Shown here: positions 10,101 through 19,994 of the stretch, one piece after another | How the letters are laid out: each line of letters starts with the position of its first letter | Numbering within the stretch: the first letter of the stretch is position 1 | IMG/VR virus record: IMGVR_UViG_3300032092_000008 | Length of the DNA: 56,447 nt | Reading direction: 5' to 3' (one strand) | Origin: an uncultured virus (IMG/VR IMGVR_UViG_3300032092_000008) | Lineage: Duplodnaviria > Heunggongvirae > Uroviricota > Caudoviricetes | Position numbers and translations under genes: made by a program | Notes under the pieces: generated by a model | Told to the model about the DNA's origin: nothing | Database searches by the model: none | What the model saw: only the letters and a program-made list of their open reading frames with translations

Positions 10101-11779
10101 CAACGGAATGATGATTCCAATCCTTTAACAATAAATCTACCAGTAATCTTAAATGGTTTACTATATATCTTTGGATCACGTATCACAATACCTTCATGTT
10201 CACGTACTGGACCTAATGGTGAACTCAATGCTTCGAGAACAGCATTACCTAGTTCCATTGTTGCTAAATACATCACAAATCCGTTAATAGCTTTTTCTAC
10301 ATCTGCAGGATCTGCTACTAATTCAGCCACATCCTTTTTATCAGCAATTGCCATTAATATTTGTTTGCTTTGAGCACCTACTTGTTTACCATCTGCTAAC
10401 TTAATAAATGTTTCTTTTTCATTTTTAGCATTTACCAACCATTGACTCAATGTTTTAGTTTGCTTAGCTCCATTAACAATAACAGTGTAACGTTTATTTA
10501 ACTCACCTTGGAAGTCTGGATCCGAATCCAATGTGGTAGGAACTGAACCTAATACTTCATAACCATTTTCATTTGCAGTTGGCGCCAAAGCATTTAATAA
10601 ATCTTGCAATGCTTTCTTATTATATGAAATTTCTTTGGTGGCACGACGCTTTGGAGTTACTTGTTCAATTTCCAACAATCCATGTATAGCTAAGAAGTTC
10701 TTGTTATATGATAGTACATTGGTACTACCTGCAACATATTCAATATTAAACATGACGTTTGGATTGTCCCACATTCCTAACTTCTTAAGGAATGGAGTAA
10801 TATCAGGTAATGCATCATTAAATATATCTAATACCTTACCGCCAATTATGATCATGCCATGGCCAGCGCCAAAACGATCTTCAAGGTCTGCTTTGGTGAT
10901 ACCTTTAACATCTAAAGGCTTATTTGAACCACGGTCCATCACAAACATTTTTTTACCGGCAACGTCTACTAAACGTATACTAGCATTTACTCCATCAATT
11001 TTAACAGAGGCCGGGCCTTTCTTTAGATATTCAGCTGATTGTGCAAATACTTTAACTAGGTCTTTTCCGGTCTTTACCCAATCAATATCAAATGGATGTG
11101 CCATATGGCCGCCAGCTCCACCTTCATTTATCAATGATTTCAATTTCATCATGTTCTCACTTAAGTTTTTTTTAACGATATCATATATTTTAGGATTATA
11201 CCATCCCATTATTTTTTCAAAGCTTTCGGGTGTACTATTTTTAAGAGCTTGTCGTATTGCTGTTCCAGACATTTCACCAAATCCAGGCACATCCAATGAT
11301 ACATGAGGTGCTACAATTAAATAGCCATGTTGGTCATATCCCATCATGTTATCTTTATTTGACTTGTAATCTTGGAAATAAGAATCTTTACCTGATTTCA
11401 ATTTACCAATACGGAATCTAGGATCTTCTCGCATATCTTTATCGCCGACCATAAATACCACTGCAGTTGTTGCCGGGTCAAACTTAGAGAGTAACTCCTC
11501 AGCCTTATAAGGATTCTTAACTTGTACTACATTGATAATACCGTACTGATTGATAATTGCTTTTTTCTCCTTAAATGAAAATGGAGATTTAGGCAGATCT
11601 ATTTTATCACTAGTGGCAACGTATGCATTTTGTTTACCAAATTGACTTTGTAACCAAGCAAAAGCTTTGGCATGGTGTTGACCAAATGGTTGAAATCGGC
11701 CTGGATATATAGCTACAATGCGTTTGATATTAGTATCTTCTGTAATAATTTGTTCTACTAGCCAATTACCTAAATTCAT
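10100..11779 (-). CDS. Fusion of a HIGH-family (cytidylyltransferase/NMNAT-like) nucleotidyltransferase and an RNA-ligase-like covalent nucleotidyltransferase domain
   Basis: N-domain YPGRFQPFGQHH and MSGTAIR; C-domain SVKIDGVN (KxDG motif I), FNIEYV, HEGIVIR (motif IV), PFKITG (motif V); linker LSENMMKLKSLINEGG. Confidence 0.75.
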   Translation of the reverse strand: MNLGNWLVEQIITEDTNIKRIVAIYPGRFQPFGQHHAKAFAWLQSQFGKQNAYVATSDKIDLPKSPFSFKEKKAIINQYGIINVVQVKNPYKAEELLSKFDPATTAVVFMVGDKDMREDPRFRIGKLKSGKDSYFQDYKSNKDNMMGYDQHGYLIVAPHVSLDVPGFGEMSGTAIRQALKNSTPESFEKIMGWYNPKIYDIVKKNLSENMMKLKSLINEGGAGGHMAHPFDIDWVKTGKDLVKVFAQSAEYLKKGPASVKIDGVNASIRLVDVAGKKMFVMDRGSNKPLDVKGITKADLEDRFGAGHGMIIIGGKVLDIFNDALPDITPFLKKLGMWDNPNVMFNIEYVAGSTNVLSYNKNFLAIHGLLEIEQVTPKRRATKEISYNKKALQDLLNALAPTANENGYEVLGSVPTTLDSDPDFQGELNKRYTVIVNGAKQTKTLSQWLVNAKNEKETFIKLADGKQVGAQSKQILMAIADKKDVAELVADPADVEKAINGFVMYLATMELGNAVLEALSSPLGPVREHEGIVIRDPKIYSKPFKITGRFIVKGLESSFR

Positions 11780-11797
11780 ATTATACTTTCTTTTGTA

Positions 11798-11805
11798 ATA
11801 AATAT
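11798..11805 (-). promoter_or_regulatory. Putative late promoter ATATTTAT
   Basis: About 19 nt upstream of ATG 11779. Confidence 0.75.
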
Positions 11806-14800
11806 TATGCTACTTGAGTTACTGTTACTATTATACTTGGAATAGCAGGTATGTTCCCCGAGGCGGGGAATGCATCAATTTCAGCATTTCCTGCGCTAGT
11901 TTGCCATGCAATTTCCGCATAATCAGCATTTACAAACGCATATACCCAATTCCATGCCGCAACAGTTGTTATATTATTTGCTGCAGTTATTTGTGTTGCG
12001 GTATTTGCAATATTCTGACCGTTTTTCTTTAACCATATATACACATCATCTGCTCCGCTGATGTTATCTATTTGAGCTGAAAATTGTATATTGTATACTC
12101 CATCATTTGGAAATTGTATACGAGAGTTGTTTGTATACGTTATACCGTCAGCAACATCTACCGTAGTATATGTAAATGAAGCTGATACATTAACCCCTGG
12201 ATTTGCTATGCTAGATGTATTACTAAAAGCTCCATGATTAAACTGCTTATTGTTGTTCATTATTAATGAACCCGTAACTTCTAACGAACCTGTTACAATT
12301 ACACCGCGTTTATATGTATATCCAGAGAATGGCTGTATACTACCGCCAATACAATTCCAATCTGTTTGTGACGTACCAGGAAATACAGAAGCAAGTTGCA
12401 TTACAGCCCCGGCAGGTAATGTTACTACTGCAGGATTAGTTATAGTACCTTTTTCGATATTAAATATATCTAAAATTTGATTACCGGCTACATTATTTTC
12501 TATAACAATATCAACTCTAGCATTATTACCTAATTGAGGAAATGAAATTTTTCCTAGAGGGTATAGTAAATCACAATTAATTGTCACACGCCGTACTTGC
12601 TCTCCGCCATTGTTACCATCTAATCGTAACCAGTATGCAAATTGATTACTAAAAAGTACGCTATTGTAATCATATGTGTCAAAGTAGCTACTAGAATTAG
12701 CAGCTGTTATTACAACAGTTTTATCACGTATTATATTTGCCAACGCCACACCAGTAAACAATGCATTTGAAGCAGTAACATTACCTTGTGCAGTTAAATG
12801 AAAATTACTTGACGATATTTCTATATTACCGCTACTGCCTGACAGATATTGACTTGAACTGCCTAAAAAGAATGTTTCAGCTTTAACTATGAATATGCTA
12901 TTAGGATATGTACGATATTGTAAATAGTTATCTGCATCAGCAACCAGTTCTAAACCAACACCTCCATAGTTATCACCAGATTGTGGTAATACAGATCCAG
13001 ACCAAATCATCCATCCAGCCGCTCCACCTTTAGCCGGATCAGATGCTGATATAAATCCTTCATAACCTACTGATCTCATGAATCCAGAATTAGTACCGGC
13101 AATTTCCATACCACTACCAATCTGATCACTAATGAATATGGAACCTGTAATTAAGTTGTTTACGCCGTCAATGTATGTGTTATCACCATCAAAAATAGCA
13201 CCATATGCAATTGCTTCTGCATCAGCTTTATCTCCGCGGAAATTAAAAAACTGAAATTTGAATGTTAATGGCGTATTAAGATGTTCGGTAGGTATTCTTT
13301 TGTTAATGCGTACATAATTAGGAGAAAATCCGGTTTCCTTGTTTGCAAGTACTTGAATTTCTCCTAATATAAATGATCCACGACGAGTTACAAACTTAAG
13401 ATCAACCGGTCCATCCTCTTCCGCAATAAATCTAAATGTTACCGTTGCAACGGTACCGCCAATATTGGTAGTTTCATATGTACCAATTCTAGTACCCAAG
13501 CGACCATTGTCTTGAAAGTTTCCATTTAAAGTAGCATTGAAATTAGTTACTGGTTCAACATTACCAGTAGTTACACGTGTAAATGCTTCTTGTTTATTAA
13601 TGGCAGAACCAGATATATAAACATCAAGTCTAGGATTTGGTATATTGGTATTCGTTGTTGTAAAACTAGTTATATCAGGGTCCGTAGCTATATTAAACAA
13701 CACGATATATTCTGTTCCGGCATATAATTGTTGCTGGTATTGAGGTTTGATTGAGAATACAACAGCATCATTAGTTTGAAATGCAGTTGTAGTTGGAGTT
13801 ATTTTTGCGCCACCTATTAAGGTGTCAACATTATATGATATTGTAAATGGTGTTGCTGTTGAAATAGTTCCTAATGCAGAACCAGTCCAATATTGATTTA
13901 TTTCTGCTAAGTTTTCAAAAATACCAAAGTTTTCATAATAGGCACCAACTGTAACGTTAGTTTCCAATGACTGTGTATCAATTAATACATCTGCGCGTTC
14001 TAATATACTATCGCCTAAGTCTATGAAATCGCCAAACTGTCCACTGGGCTTAAACAATGTTTTTACACGATATACATCGCCGGTTGCTGGTTCGATATTT
14101 GATAATATGATATCAGCAAAGCTAGATGAATTTTCAGTTTGAATTGTTAATGTAGGTTGTATAAAACTGGCAGTGAAATTACTAGTAGGCTCTATTCTAT
14201 TAACAGTATATGTTTCATAACTTTGAGGAGATCTAGTACTAGTTGTAGTACCAGTAGTTTTCTTTAACTGTACTGAGAAACTACCTAATGTATCATATTC
14301 TAAATCTGCAAAACCAGCTATTTGTGCAATACGAGCTGTTGTACTGTTAATTACTTGTGTGATAGCAAATTCATACGAGCCACTTAAACTACGAGTACCA
14401 GATCCATAATCAAATGTCGTTTCATCAAACTGTTGACCCGGATATATTAAATTACTCTTACCTGCGGTTGATGATACTACTGATATTTGTGGGTTTACAA
14501 TTGTCATACGTCCATTTGTCATGCTAGCTAAGAAGAATGGTTGGGCTGTTGTAATAACAGAATAGCCATTAAGTGTTTGCAGTATAGGTGATATGGTAGT
14601 AGCGTTGGTCGTTGATGATAAAATTGTTTGTGTTCCGGTTGTGTTAAAATACTGTTTACCAAATGATGGCGTGCCAGGCGATGTACTACCTTGACCAATT
14701 TGTCCAACTGCTTCGGCTTGAGTTCCAGTTAATGTTGAAGAATTATTAAGAACTGCAGTTGCTGTTACGGTGGCAGCGTTTCCTGATGATGTTACTTGTG

Positions 14801-15347
14801 TAAACACGTTGAATCTATTAACTGGTTGTAAGTACGGTTGTATAATTTCTGATATAGTTACACGTGGATATTGGGTGAATATAATTTCAACATCATTAGC
14901 AGCATTTGGTGCTACATTACATGTACGAGACCATATCACATTAGGAACTTGATAAAAATTTGCATCATTTGAATTTTGACTATAACCATATTCAATACCA
15001 GTTGATGGATCAAATAATACTCTACCAGCTAAATATATTGTGCATTCACCAGGTGATGTATCCGGGTATATATAAATAGCAATAACACGTGTACCGTCTT
15101 TTTCAATATATCGAAGTGGTTCATAGTATATAGGATTACCATTGTAATCTAATATTTCAATTTGAATCTCACTGTTATTAACTAGATTATCACGATTAGC
15201 TGCTAACTTAATTAAGTTTTTACCAGCTTTTAATTTTTCAGGAAATTCAATTATACGAAAAAAGTTTGGTGAGTTTTCACTCGTATCGATAATTGAATAA
15301 CTTAAATCACGTAATCCATAATAACCGACTTTTTTACGTAACGGCAT
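11805..15347 (-). CDS. Large virion/tail fibre-like protein with a C-terminal C1q/BclA-like domain
   Basis: 1180 aa, Ser/Thr/Gly-rich; VTGSLEVTGSL fibre-type repeats; C-terminus GVYNIQFSAQ..VYIWLKKNG..AAWNW..IPSIIVTVTQV. Confidence 0.7.
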   Translation of the reverse strand: MPLRKKVGYYGLRDLSYSIIDTSENSPNFFRIIEFPEKLKAGKNLIKLAANRDNLVNNSEIQIEILDYNGNPIYYEPLRYIEKDGTRVIAIYIYPDTSPGECTIYLAGRVLFDPSTGIEYGYSQNSNDANFYQVPNVIWSRTCNVAPNAANDVEIIFTQYPRVTISEIIQPYLQPVNRFNVFTQVTSSGNAATVTATAVLNNSSTLTGTQAEAVGQIGQGSTSPGTPSFGKQYFNTTGTQTILSSTTNATTISPILQTLNGYSVITTAQPFFLASMTNGRMTIVNPQISVVSSTAGKSNLIYPGQQFDETTFDYGSGTRSLSGSYEFAITQVINSTTARIAQIAGFADLEYDTLGSFSVQLKKTTGTTTSTRSPQSYETYTVNRIEPTSNFTASFIQPTLTIQTENSSSFADIILSNIEPATGDVYRVKTLFKPSGQFGDFIDLGDSILERADVLIDTQSLETNVTVGAYYENFGIFENLAEINQYWTGSALGTISTATPFTISYNVDTLIGGAKITPTTTAFQTNDAVVFSIKPQYQQQLYAGTEYIVLFNIATDPDITSFTTTNTNIPNPRLDVYISGSAINKQEAFTRVTTGNVEPVTNFNATLNGNFQDNGRLGTRIGTYETTNIGGTVATVTFRFIAEEDGPVDLKFVTRRGSFILGEIQVLANKETGFSPNYVRINKRIPTEHLNTPLTFKFQFFNFRGDKADAEAIAYGAIFDGDNTYIDGVNNLITGSIFISDQIGSGMEIAGTNSGFMRSVGYEGFISASDPAKGGAAGWMIWSGSVLPQSGDNYGGVGLELVADADNYLQYRTYPNSIFIVKAETFFLGSSSQYLSGSSGNIEISSSNFHLTAQGNVTASNALFTGVALANIIRDKTVVITAANSSSYFDTYDYNSVLFSNQFAYWLRLDGNNGGEQVRRVTINCDLLYPLGKISFPQLGNNARVDIVIENNVAGNQILDIFNIEKGTITNPAVVTLPAGAVMQLASVFPGTSQTDWNCIGGSIQPFSGYTYKRGVIVTGSLEVTGSLIMNNNKQFNHGAFSNTSSIANPGVNVSASFTYTTVDVADGITYTNNSRIQFPNDGVYNIQFSAQIDNISGADDVYIWLKKNGQNIANTATQITAANNITTVAAWNWVYAFVNADYAEIAWQTSAGNAEIDAFPASGNIPAIPSIIVTVTQVA

Positions 15348-15363
15348 TTATGTCCTCATTTTC

Positions 15364-18300
15364 TTATAAATATGAGTAATTTATTTTAGAGTATCCGTTT
15401 TCTTTTTTAATCTCAACAAGCTTGTCTACTACATCGCGCATGGCATCAATATGAGATATACACATGATAAAACCAAATTGCGATTTTAGATAATCAAACA
15501 ACATGTACATGCTATTCAAATTATCAGAATCTAATACTCCAAAACCTTCATCAATAGCCAAGAAGTTAGGACGAGGTAGACTAGTAATATTAATTAATGA
15601 AGTACGTATTGCCAGTGATGCAATAAACTTTTCCATACCAGATGTTAATTCCAATGGCCAGTAATTGTCAGTATCATATACAATATAACCATGTATGTTT
15701 TTACCATCTGTATTCATTATCACAGTAAAGTCTACGATTTGAGTTAAGATATTGTTAATTTCTGATTCGATTTGAGGCAATGCTCGAGCAATTAACTGAT
15801 ATGGTACTCCATCACGTTTAACAGCCTGAAGATAATATTCATAACCTTTATATTGTACTTCTAGTTCTGCCAAACGTTCTATATCACGCAATGCATTTTG
15901 TTTTGCAGTTTCAGCAGCATGTTTTTTACCAGAGTATTCTAATATACGAGTATCAATTTGTTTTAACTCAGTTGTTAATTGACTCATCTCTTCTTGCAAT
16001 TCTAATATTTCTGATTCTAATTGTTTATTAGATTCAATATCAGATATACGATCCTCAGCTGTTTTAATTAATTCAGCCAAACGAGTAATTTTATCTTTAT
16101 GTGATTGTGCTGTTAACATCACACCATTTAATTTATTTGTCAACCCAGATAACTTTTGCTCCTCAGAATGTAAACGTTGTTCAGCAGTTTGATAACCAGT
16201 TAGTAAATCACTTGCACTTACTTCTGGAAAATTTACTTTAATATCAGCAATAGCAATTAATACGTTATCATAATCTTCTTGTAATAATGGTAATTTTTCC
16301 GCTTCAACTTGTGTATCATGTAACCATGGATTTGCCATACAGAATTCACAATTTGGATCCCATTTATGATTATCTAATTTTTCAACCATTCGGGTAGCAT
16401 GTGATATTTGTTGTTTTAATAATTCTGTACGTGTAGTTAGTTCTGTTAATTGTTTTTTAGTTTGTTCTTCGGTAATAATATTACTACGTATATCTGTGAT
16501 ATCATACTGAGTAACATTACTCTTCCATGAATCAACAACGCTTTGTTGCAAATCAATATCATTTTTAATAGATACAGCATTTTGTTTAATGGTATCTAAT
16601 TCTGTTAACATGGCATGATATGATGCTTGTAACTGATCTGGATGTTTGATATTATCATCAATAGGACGTAATTGAGTTGAAAGTTCAATAATTTGTTTAT
16701 TGATATCTTCTTTCATTGTCTCCATTGATTCTTTTTCTGTTAGTAATTTATTGTAAACAACATATGTTTGCGTTATAGTCTGTTCTGCATCGGCAATGAT
16801 ACTACCTAAATCAGTACGCTTATATTCTCTAATCAATGCAGCTGTATCTTTACTATCATCAGCAGCAATTTGATATTGTTTTTCAAATACATTGATATCT
16901 AAAAACTGGCTTAGTAGATCTTTACGATCTTTTTGAGACATGTCGATAAAACCAGTATTGTTGTTTTGCAATGATAATGCAGTTAATACAAAATCTTCAT
17001 AGCCGCCTAAATACTGTTGTATAATTTTATTAGTGGAATCACGTTGATCGCCATTTAATGATGTCATGTTACCAGTATCATCTATATAATAAAATTCAAC
17101 ATCAACCTTAACATGGCCGTTACTTTGCTTTTTACCATTACGCTCGACTACATAAGTCTTATCTTCTAATTCAAATGTAAACTTACTAGCAAAGTTTGAA
17201 CTCTTATTATTAAGTACATGTACTGCTTTACTTGTGCGACTACATTTATCAAAACAACAAAATGCCAATGCATCAAATAATGTAGATTTACCAGATGCAT
17301 TTGGAGCAAACAATCCATAGCTACCATTTAAGCTAGCAAAATCTATATGGTTATCATCACCATAACTAAACATGTTACTAAATTCAAAGTACTTAGGTAT
17401 CCAAACAACATTACGAGTTAATTCTGAATCAGTTAATTTTGAAAATACAGTACGATTAATATGTCGAACTGTGTCTAACATTGTATCATCTAATGCAAAT
17501 TCATCTGTTAGATAATCTGTTATAACAGTATTCTGCCATTCAACGTCACGCACATTGCCAAATGAAATTTTCTTACCGGCTGTTACAGATGCTAATGGAT
17601 TAACTTTTTGAATTGTTACTTCTTGTACTTTGTATTGCTGTCTAATTTCAGAAACTAGTGTTTTCAATGTAGCTGAATCTGTATCTTTTACTTTGATACG
17701 AATTCTAGGCTTCTTTGGCATCGCAGTTGCTGGGTTAAGAATCTTACCATTATCAACATCAAATGTATAATATCCGTAATCATTTTCAATTTCAACAAAT
17801 TCACATTGTTTAGTTGCAAGATTCCAAACCATAATACCATGGTTCAAACCTTCACCAAAGTTTTGCTGTATTAAACTACCAGCATATGCTATAGTTTTAT
17901 CTGTATTTAAAAACTGAGGTTTATGAATATCTCCTAACAGTACTAAATCATGGCCATTGAACAATTCTGTGGTAACATGAGTATTACTCAATGTCATGCC
18001 CATGTCGGTTTGAGCCGAATTTACCGCTCCATGATGTAATGCAATTTTATATTCACCTTCAAAATCACTAGCTTTTATATAATTTACAGGCTTCTCAAAC
18101 ACCGACATTACGTTAAAGTGTACATTTGAAACCCAGTATATACCATTGTCTTTAAGATAGTGTATATTGGGATGATTCAAGGCTTTAACTATAGGTGTTA
18201 AGGCATCTAGACGATGCGAATTATTTAAGTTACAATCATGATTTCCAGTAATAATTAATGTAGGAGCAATATCAGCTAGATTTGCAAAAAAATCTGATAC

Positions 18301-18516
18301 TGTTTGCACTAGTTCTGGCGACATGTCTGTTTTAGCATGTACCACATCACCAGCTACATAAATTACACTACCATCAGTTTTATGTTTCTTAATGTATTTA
18401 TATAAGCGTTTAAATACTTGTTCATACTCAGTATGTCGTTTCACATTACGTACATGTACGTCTGCAATATGAAAAATCTTATCAATTGATTTTAATCCAA
18501 TGTCTATAGTGCGCAT
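15364..18516 (-). CDS. Single-chain Mre11/SbcD nuclease - Rad50/SbcC ATPase fusion (gp47-gp46 equivalent)
   Basis: Phosphoesterase motifs HIADVH, AGDVVH, GNHD, HHG, GDIH; Walker A APNASGKS; coiled coil with CEFC Zn hook; TSGMEK signature; AIDEGFGVLD; ISH. Confidence 0.93.
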   Translation of the reverse strand: MRTIDIGLKSIDKIFHIADVHVRNVKRHTEYEQVFKRLYKYIKKHKTDGSVIYVAGDVVHAKTDMSPELVQTVSDFFANLADIAPTLIITGNHDCNLNNSHRLDALTPIVKALNHPNIHYLKDNGIYWVSNVHFNVMSVFEKPVNYIKASDFEGEYKIALHHGAVNSAQTDMGMTLSNTHVTTELFNGHDLVLLGDIHKPQFLNTDKTIAYAGSLIQQNFGEGLNHGIMVWNLATKQCEFVEIENDYGYYTFDVDNGKILNPATAMPKKPRIRIKVKDTDSATLKTLVSEIRQQYKVQEVTIQKVNPLASVTAGKKISFGNVRDVEWQNTVITDYLTDEFALDDTMLDTVRHINRTVFSKLTDSELTRNVVWIPKYFEFSNMFSYGDDNHIDFASLNGSYGLFAPNASGKSTLFDALAFCCFDKCSRTSKAVHVLNNKSSNFASKFTFELEDKTYVVERNGKKQSNGHVKVDVEFYYIDDTGNMTSLNGDQRDSTNKIIQQYLGGYEDFVLTALSLQNNNTGFIDMSQKDRKDLLSQFLDINVFEKQYQIAADDSKDTAALIREYKRTDLGSIIADAEQTITQTYVVYNKLLTEKESMETMKEDINKQIIELSTQLRPIDDNIKHPDQLQASYHAMLTELDTIKQNAVSIKNDIDLQQSVVDSWKSNVTQYDITDIRSNIITEEQTKKQLTELTTRTELLKQQISHATRMVEKLDNHKWDPNCEFCMANPWLHDTQVEAEKLPLLQEDYDNVLIAIADIKVNFPEVSASDLLTGYQTAEQRLHSEEQKLSGLTNKLNGVMLTAQSHKDKITRLAELIKTAEDRISDIESNKQLESEILELQEEMSQLTTELKQIDTRILEYSGKKHAAETAKQNALRDIERLAELEVQYKGYEYYLQAVKRDGVPYQLIARALPQIESEINNILTQIVDFTVIMNTDGKNIHGYIVYDTDNYWPLELTSGMEKFIASLAIRTSLINITSLPRPNFLAIDEGFGVLDSDNLNSMYMLFDYLKSQFGFIMCISHIDAMRDVVDKLVEIKKENGYSKINYSYL
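15366..15373 (-). promoter_or_regulatory. Putative late promoter ATATTTAT
   Basis: About 19 nt upstream of ATG 15347. Confidence 0.75.
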
Positions 18517-19430
18517 AATATTTTTTCGTGCATTAATTGTTGTTCTGAGAATCTACATGTAGAATCCAAAACATGTTTTGTTTCAATAAATCCCATATCA
18601 CTAGGATCTTTTCCAGTTAGCTCAACAAAGTAAACATCTATTCCATTGCTCATGAAATATTCAGCAGTTTCTAAAGCTTGTTTACGTGCATCTAGATCTA
18701 AACAGATATATATGGTTTTTACTTTTCTTTCAACTATTCGTTTCTTAAGAGTATTTGATATTGTTTTACCAAATAATGGTATGGCGTTACGTTTAATGGC
18801 TATGGCATCAAATACTCCTTCTACTAATACAATAGGCATATCCCAATTGATATGTAACTCCAATCCAATGATATCTTTTGATACTTTTGGATTCTTATGT
18901 TTCATGGTATCAGATTCATAATAAGCTCTGCCGACAAAATAATTTAAACTTCCATTGGCATCATAGCTAGGAATAATTATTTTACCAGAATATGCTCCTT
19001 TCTCACAATAACCTATGCGATATTTTAGTATGTCATGAATTGTAATACCACGATTTAATAAATAACGAACAGCATTGCGATACTCAGGATTTGCTTTATC
19101 CATTATCCATAACGGGTGATATTCTTTTGGTAACTCAACTACAGGCGTGTCAGTTGTAGTTTTTGTTGGTCGATATTCAATCTGCTCAAATTCTTTAACT
19201 GCTTGTGCAATCTTTTCTCGGGATGTATTTAATTTTCTAAACAGCAACGGAATCTTACGGCCGGATACGTTACATACCCAACAATGCCAATGTTGATTAC
19301 CAATGTTAACTTCTAACTTTGGTTTCTGGTGATTACAGAATGGACAATGAAAAGCAATGTTATCACTAGTCGTGTTACGACCTTTACCTAAGACAGATTC
19401 TAAAAGACTAATGATAGTAAACTTGCTCAT
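18504..19430 (-). CDS. DNA primase (Zn ribbon plus TOPRIM)
   Basis: CPFC..H...CWVC Zn ribbon; IIIPSYD; GR; LVEGVFDA; LDLDA; KDP. Confidence 0.92.
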   Translation of the reverse strand: MSKFTIISLLESVLGKGRNTTSDNIAFHCPFCNHQKPKLEVNIGNQHWHCWVCNVSGRKIPLLFRKLNTSREKIAQAVKEFEQIEYRPTKTTTDTPVVELPKEYHPLWIMDKANPEYRNAVRYLLNRGITIHDILKYRIGYCEKGAYSGKIIIPSYDANGSLNYFVGRAYYESDTMKHKNPKVSKDIIGLELHINWDMPIVLVEGVFDAIAIKRNAIPLFGKTISNTLKKRIVERKVKTIYICLDLDARKQALETAEYFMSNGIDVYFVELTGKDPSDMGFIETKHVLDSTCRFSEQQLMHEKILCAL

Positions 19431-19516
19431 TATATATTATTATATTAATTAATATTTGCATTATCATAACTGACAATGTTTCAATCTCATAATATTCAAT
19501 TGAAAATTTATATAAA

Positions 19517-19548
19517 TGAATTTATAAAAACTTTTTCAAAAGATCAAG
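19517..19548 (-). promoter_or_regulatory. Degenerate host-type promoter (primase-SbcCD)
   Basis: CTTG-N20-TAAATTCA. Confidence 0.45.
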
Positions 19549-19970
19549 TTTTCTGTCAACTTTTTTTCATCAATCCACGACTGTGGAATTGTCTTCTCCG
19601 CCCATTTGATACCATGCTTGTCACAATAATCTGCATATGTAGTTTTACTACCTTTACGAAGTTTACTGTTAGCACTTTGAAATACTATACGTACGTCAAG
19701 CTCCGGGTGTTGTTCTTTAACGAGTAAATGTTTTTTACGGTCATCTGGCATCCACCGTCCTTTTGTTTCAATTAATATGCCATTTGGTAATGTGAAATCA
19801 ACTGTGTATTTTGAATCACGAGCTGGAACAGTGTATTTAACTACAGTTTTTTCATACTGTGGATCTATACTTTGTTGTTCCAATTGTTCTGAAATTTTAT
19901 GTTCAAACCCAGATCTATAACCGTATTTAATAGCATTCGATCTAATCTTCGATTTACTATTCCATGCCAT
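19536..19970 (-). CDS. Holliday-junction resolvase, T7 endonuclease I family
   Basis: YRSGFE, YTVDFTLPNGILIETKGRW, DRKKH, TTYADYC. Start moved to ATG 19970 because it has AAGGAAAGG and an ATATTTAT motif upstream. Confidence 0.9.
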   Translation of the reverse strand: MAWNSKSKIRSNAIKYGYRSGFEHKISEQLEQQSIDPQYEKTVVKYTVPARDSKYTVDFTLPNGILIETKGRWMPDDRKKHLLVKEQHPELDVRIVFQSANSKLRKGSKTTYADYCDKHGIKWAEKTIPQSWIDEKKLTENLIF

Positions 19971-19986
19971 AACCTTTCCTTTATTA

Positions 19987-19994
19987 ATAAATAT
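19987..19994 (-). promoter_or_regulatory. Putative late promoter ATATTTAT (resolvase)
   Basis: About 17 nt upstream of ATG 19970. Confidence 0.75.
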
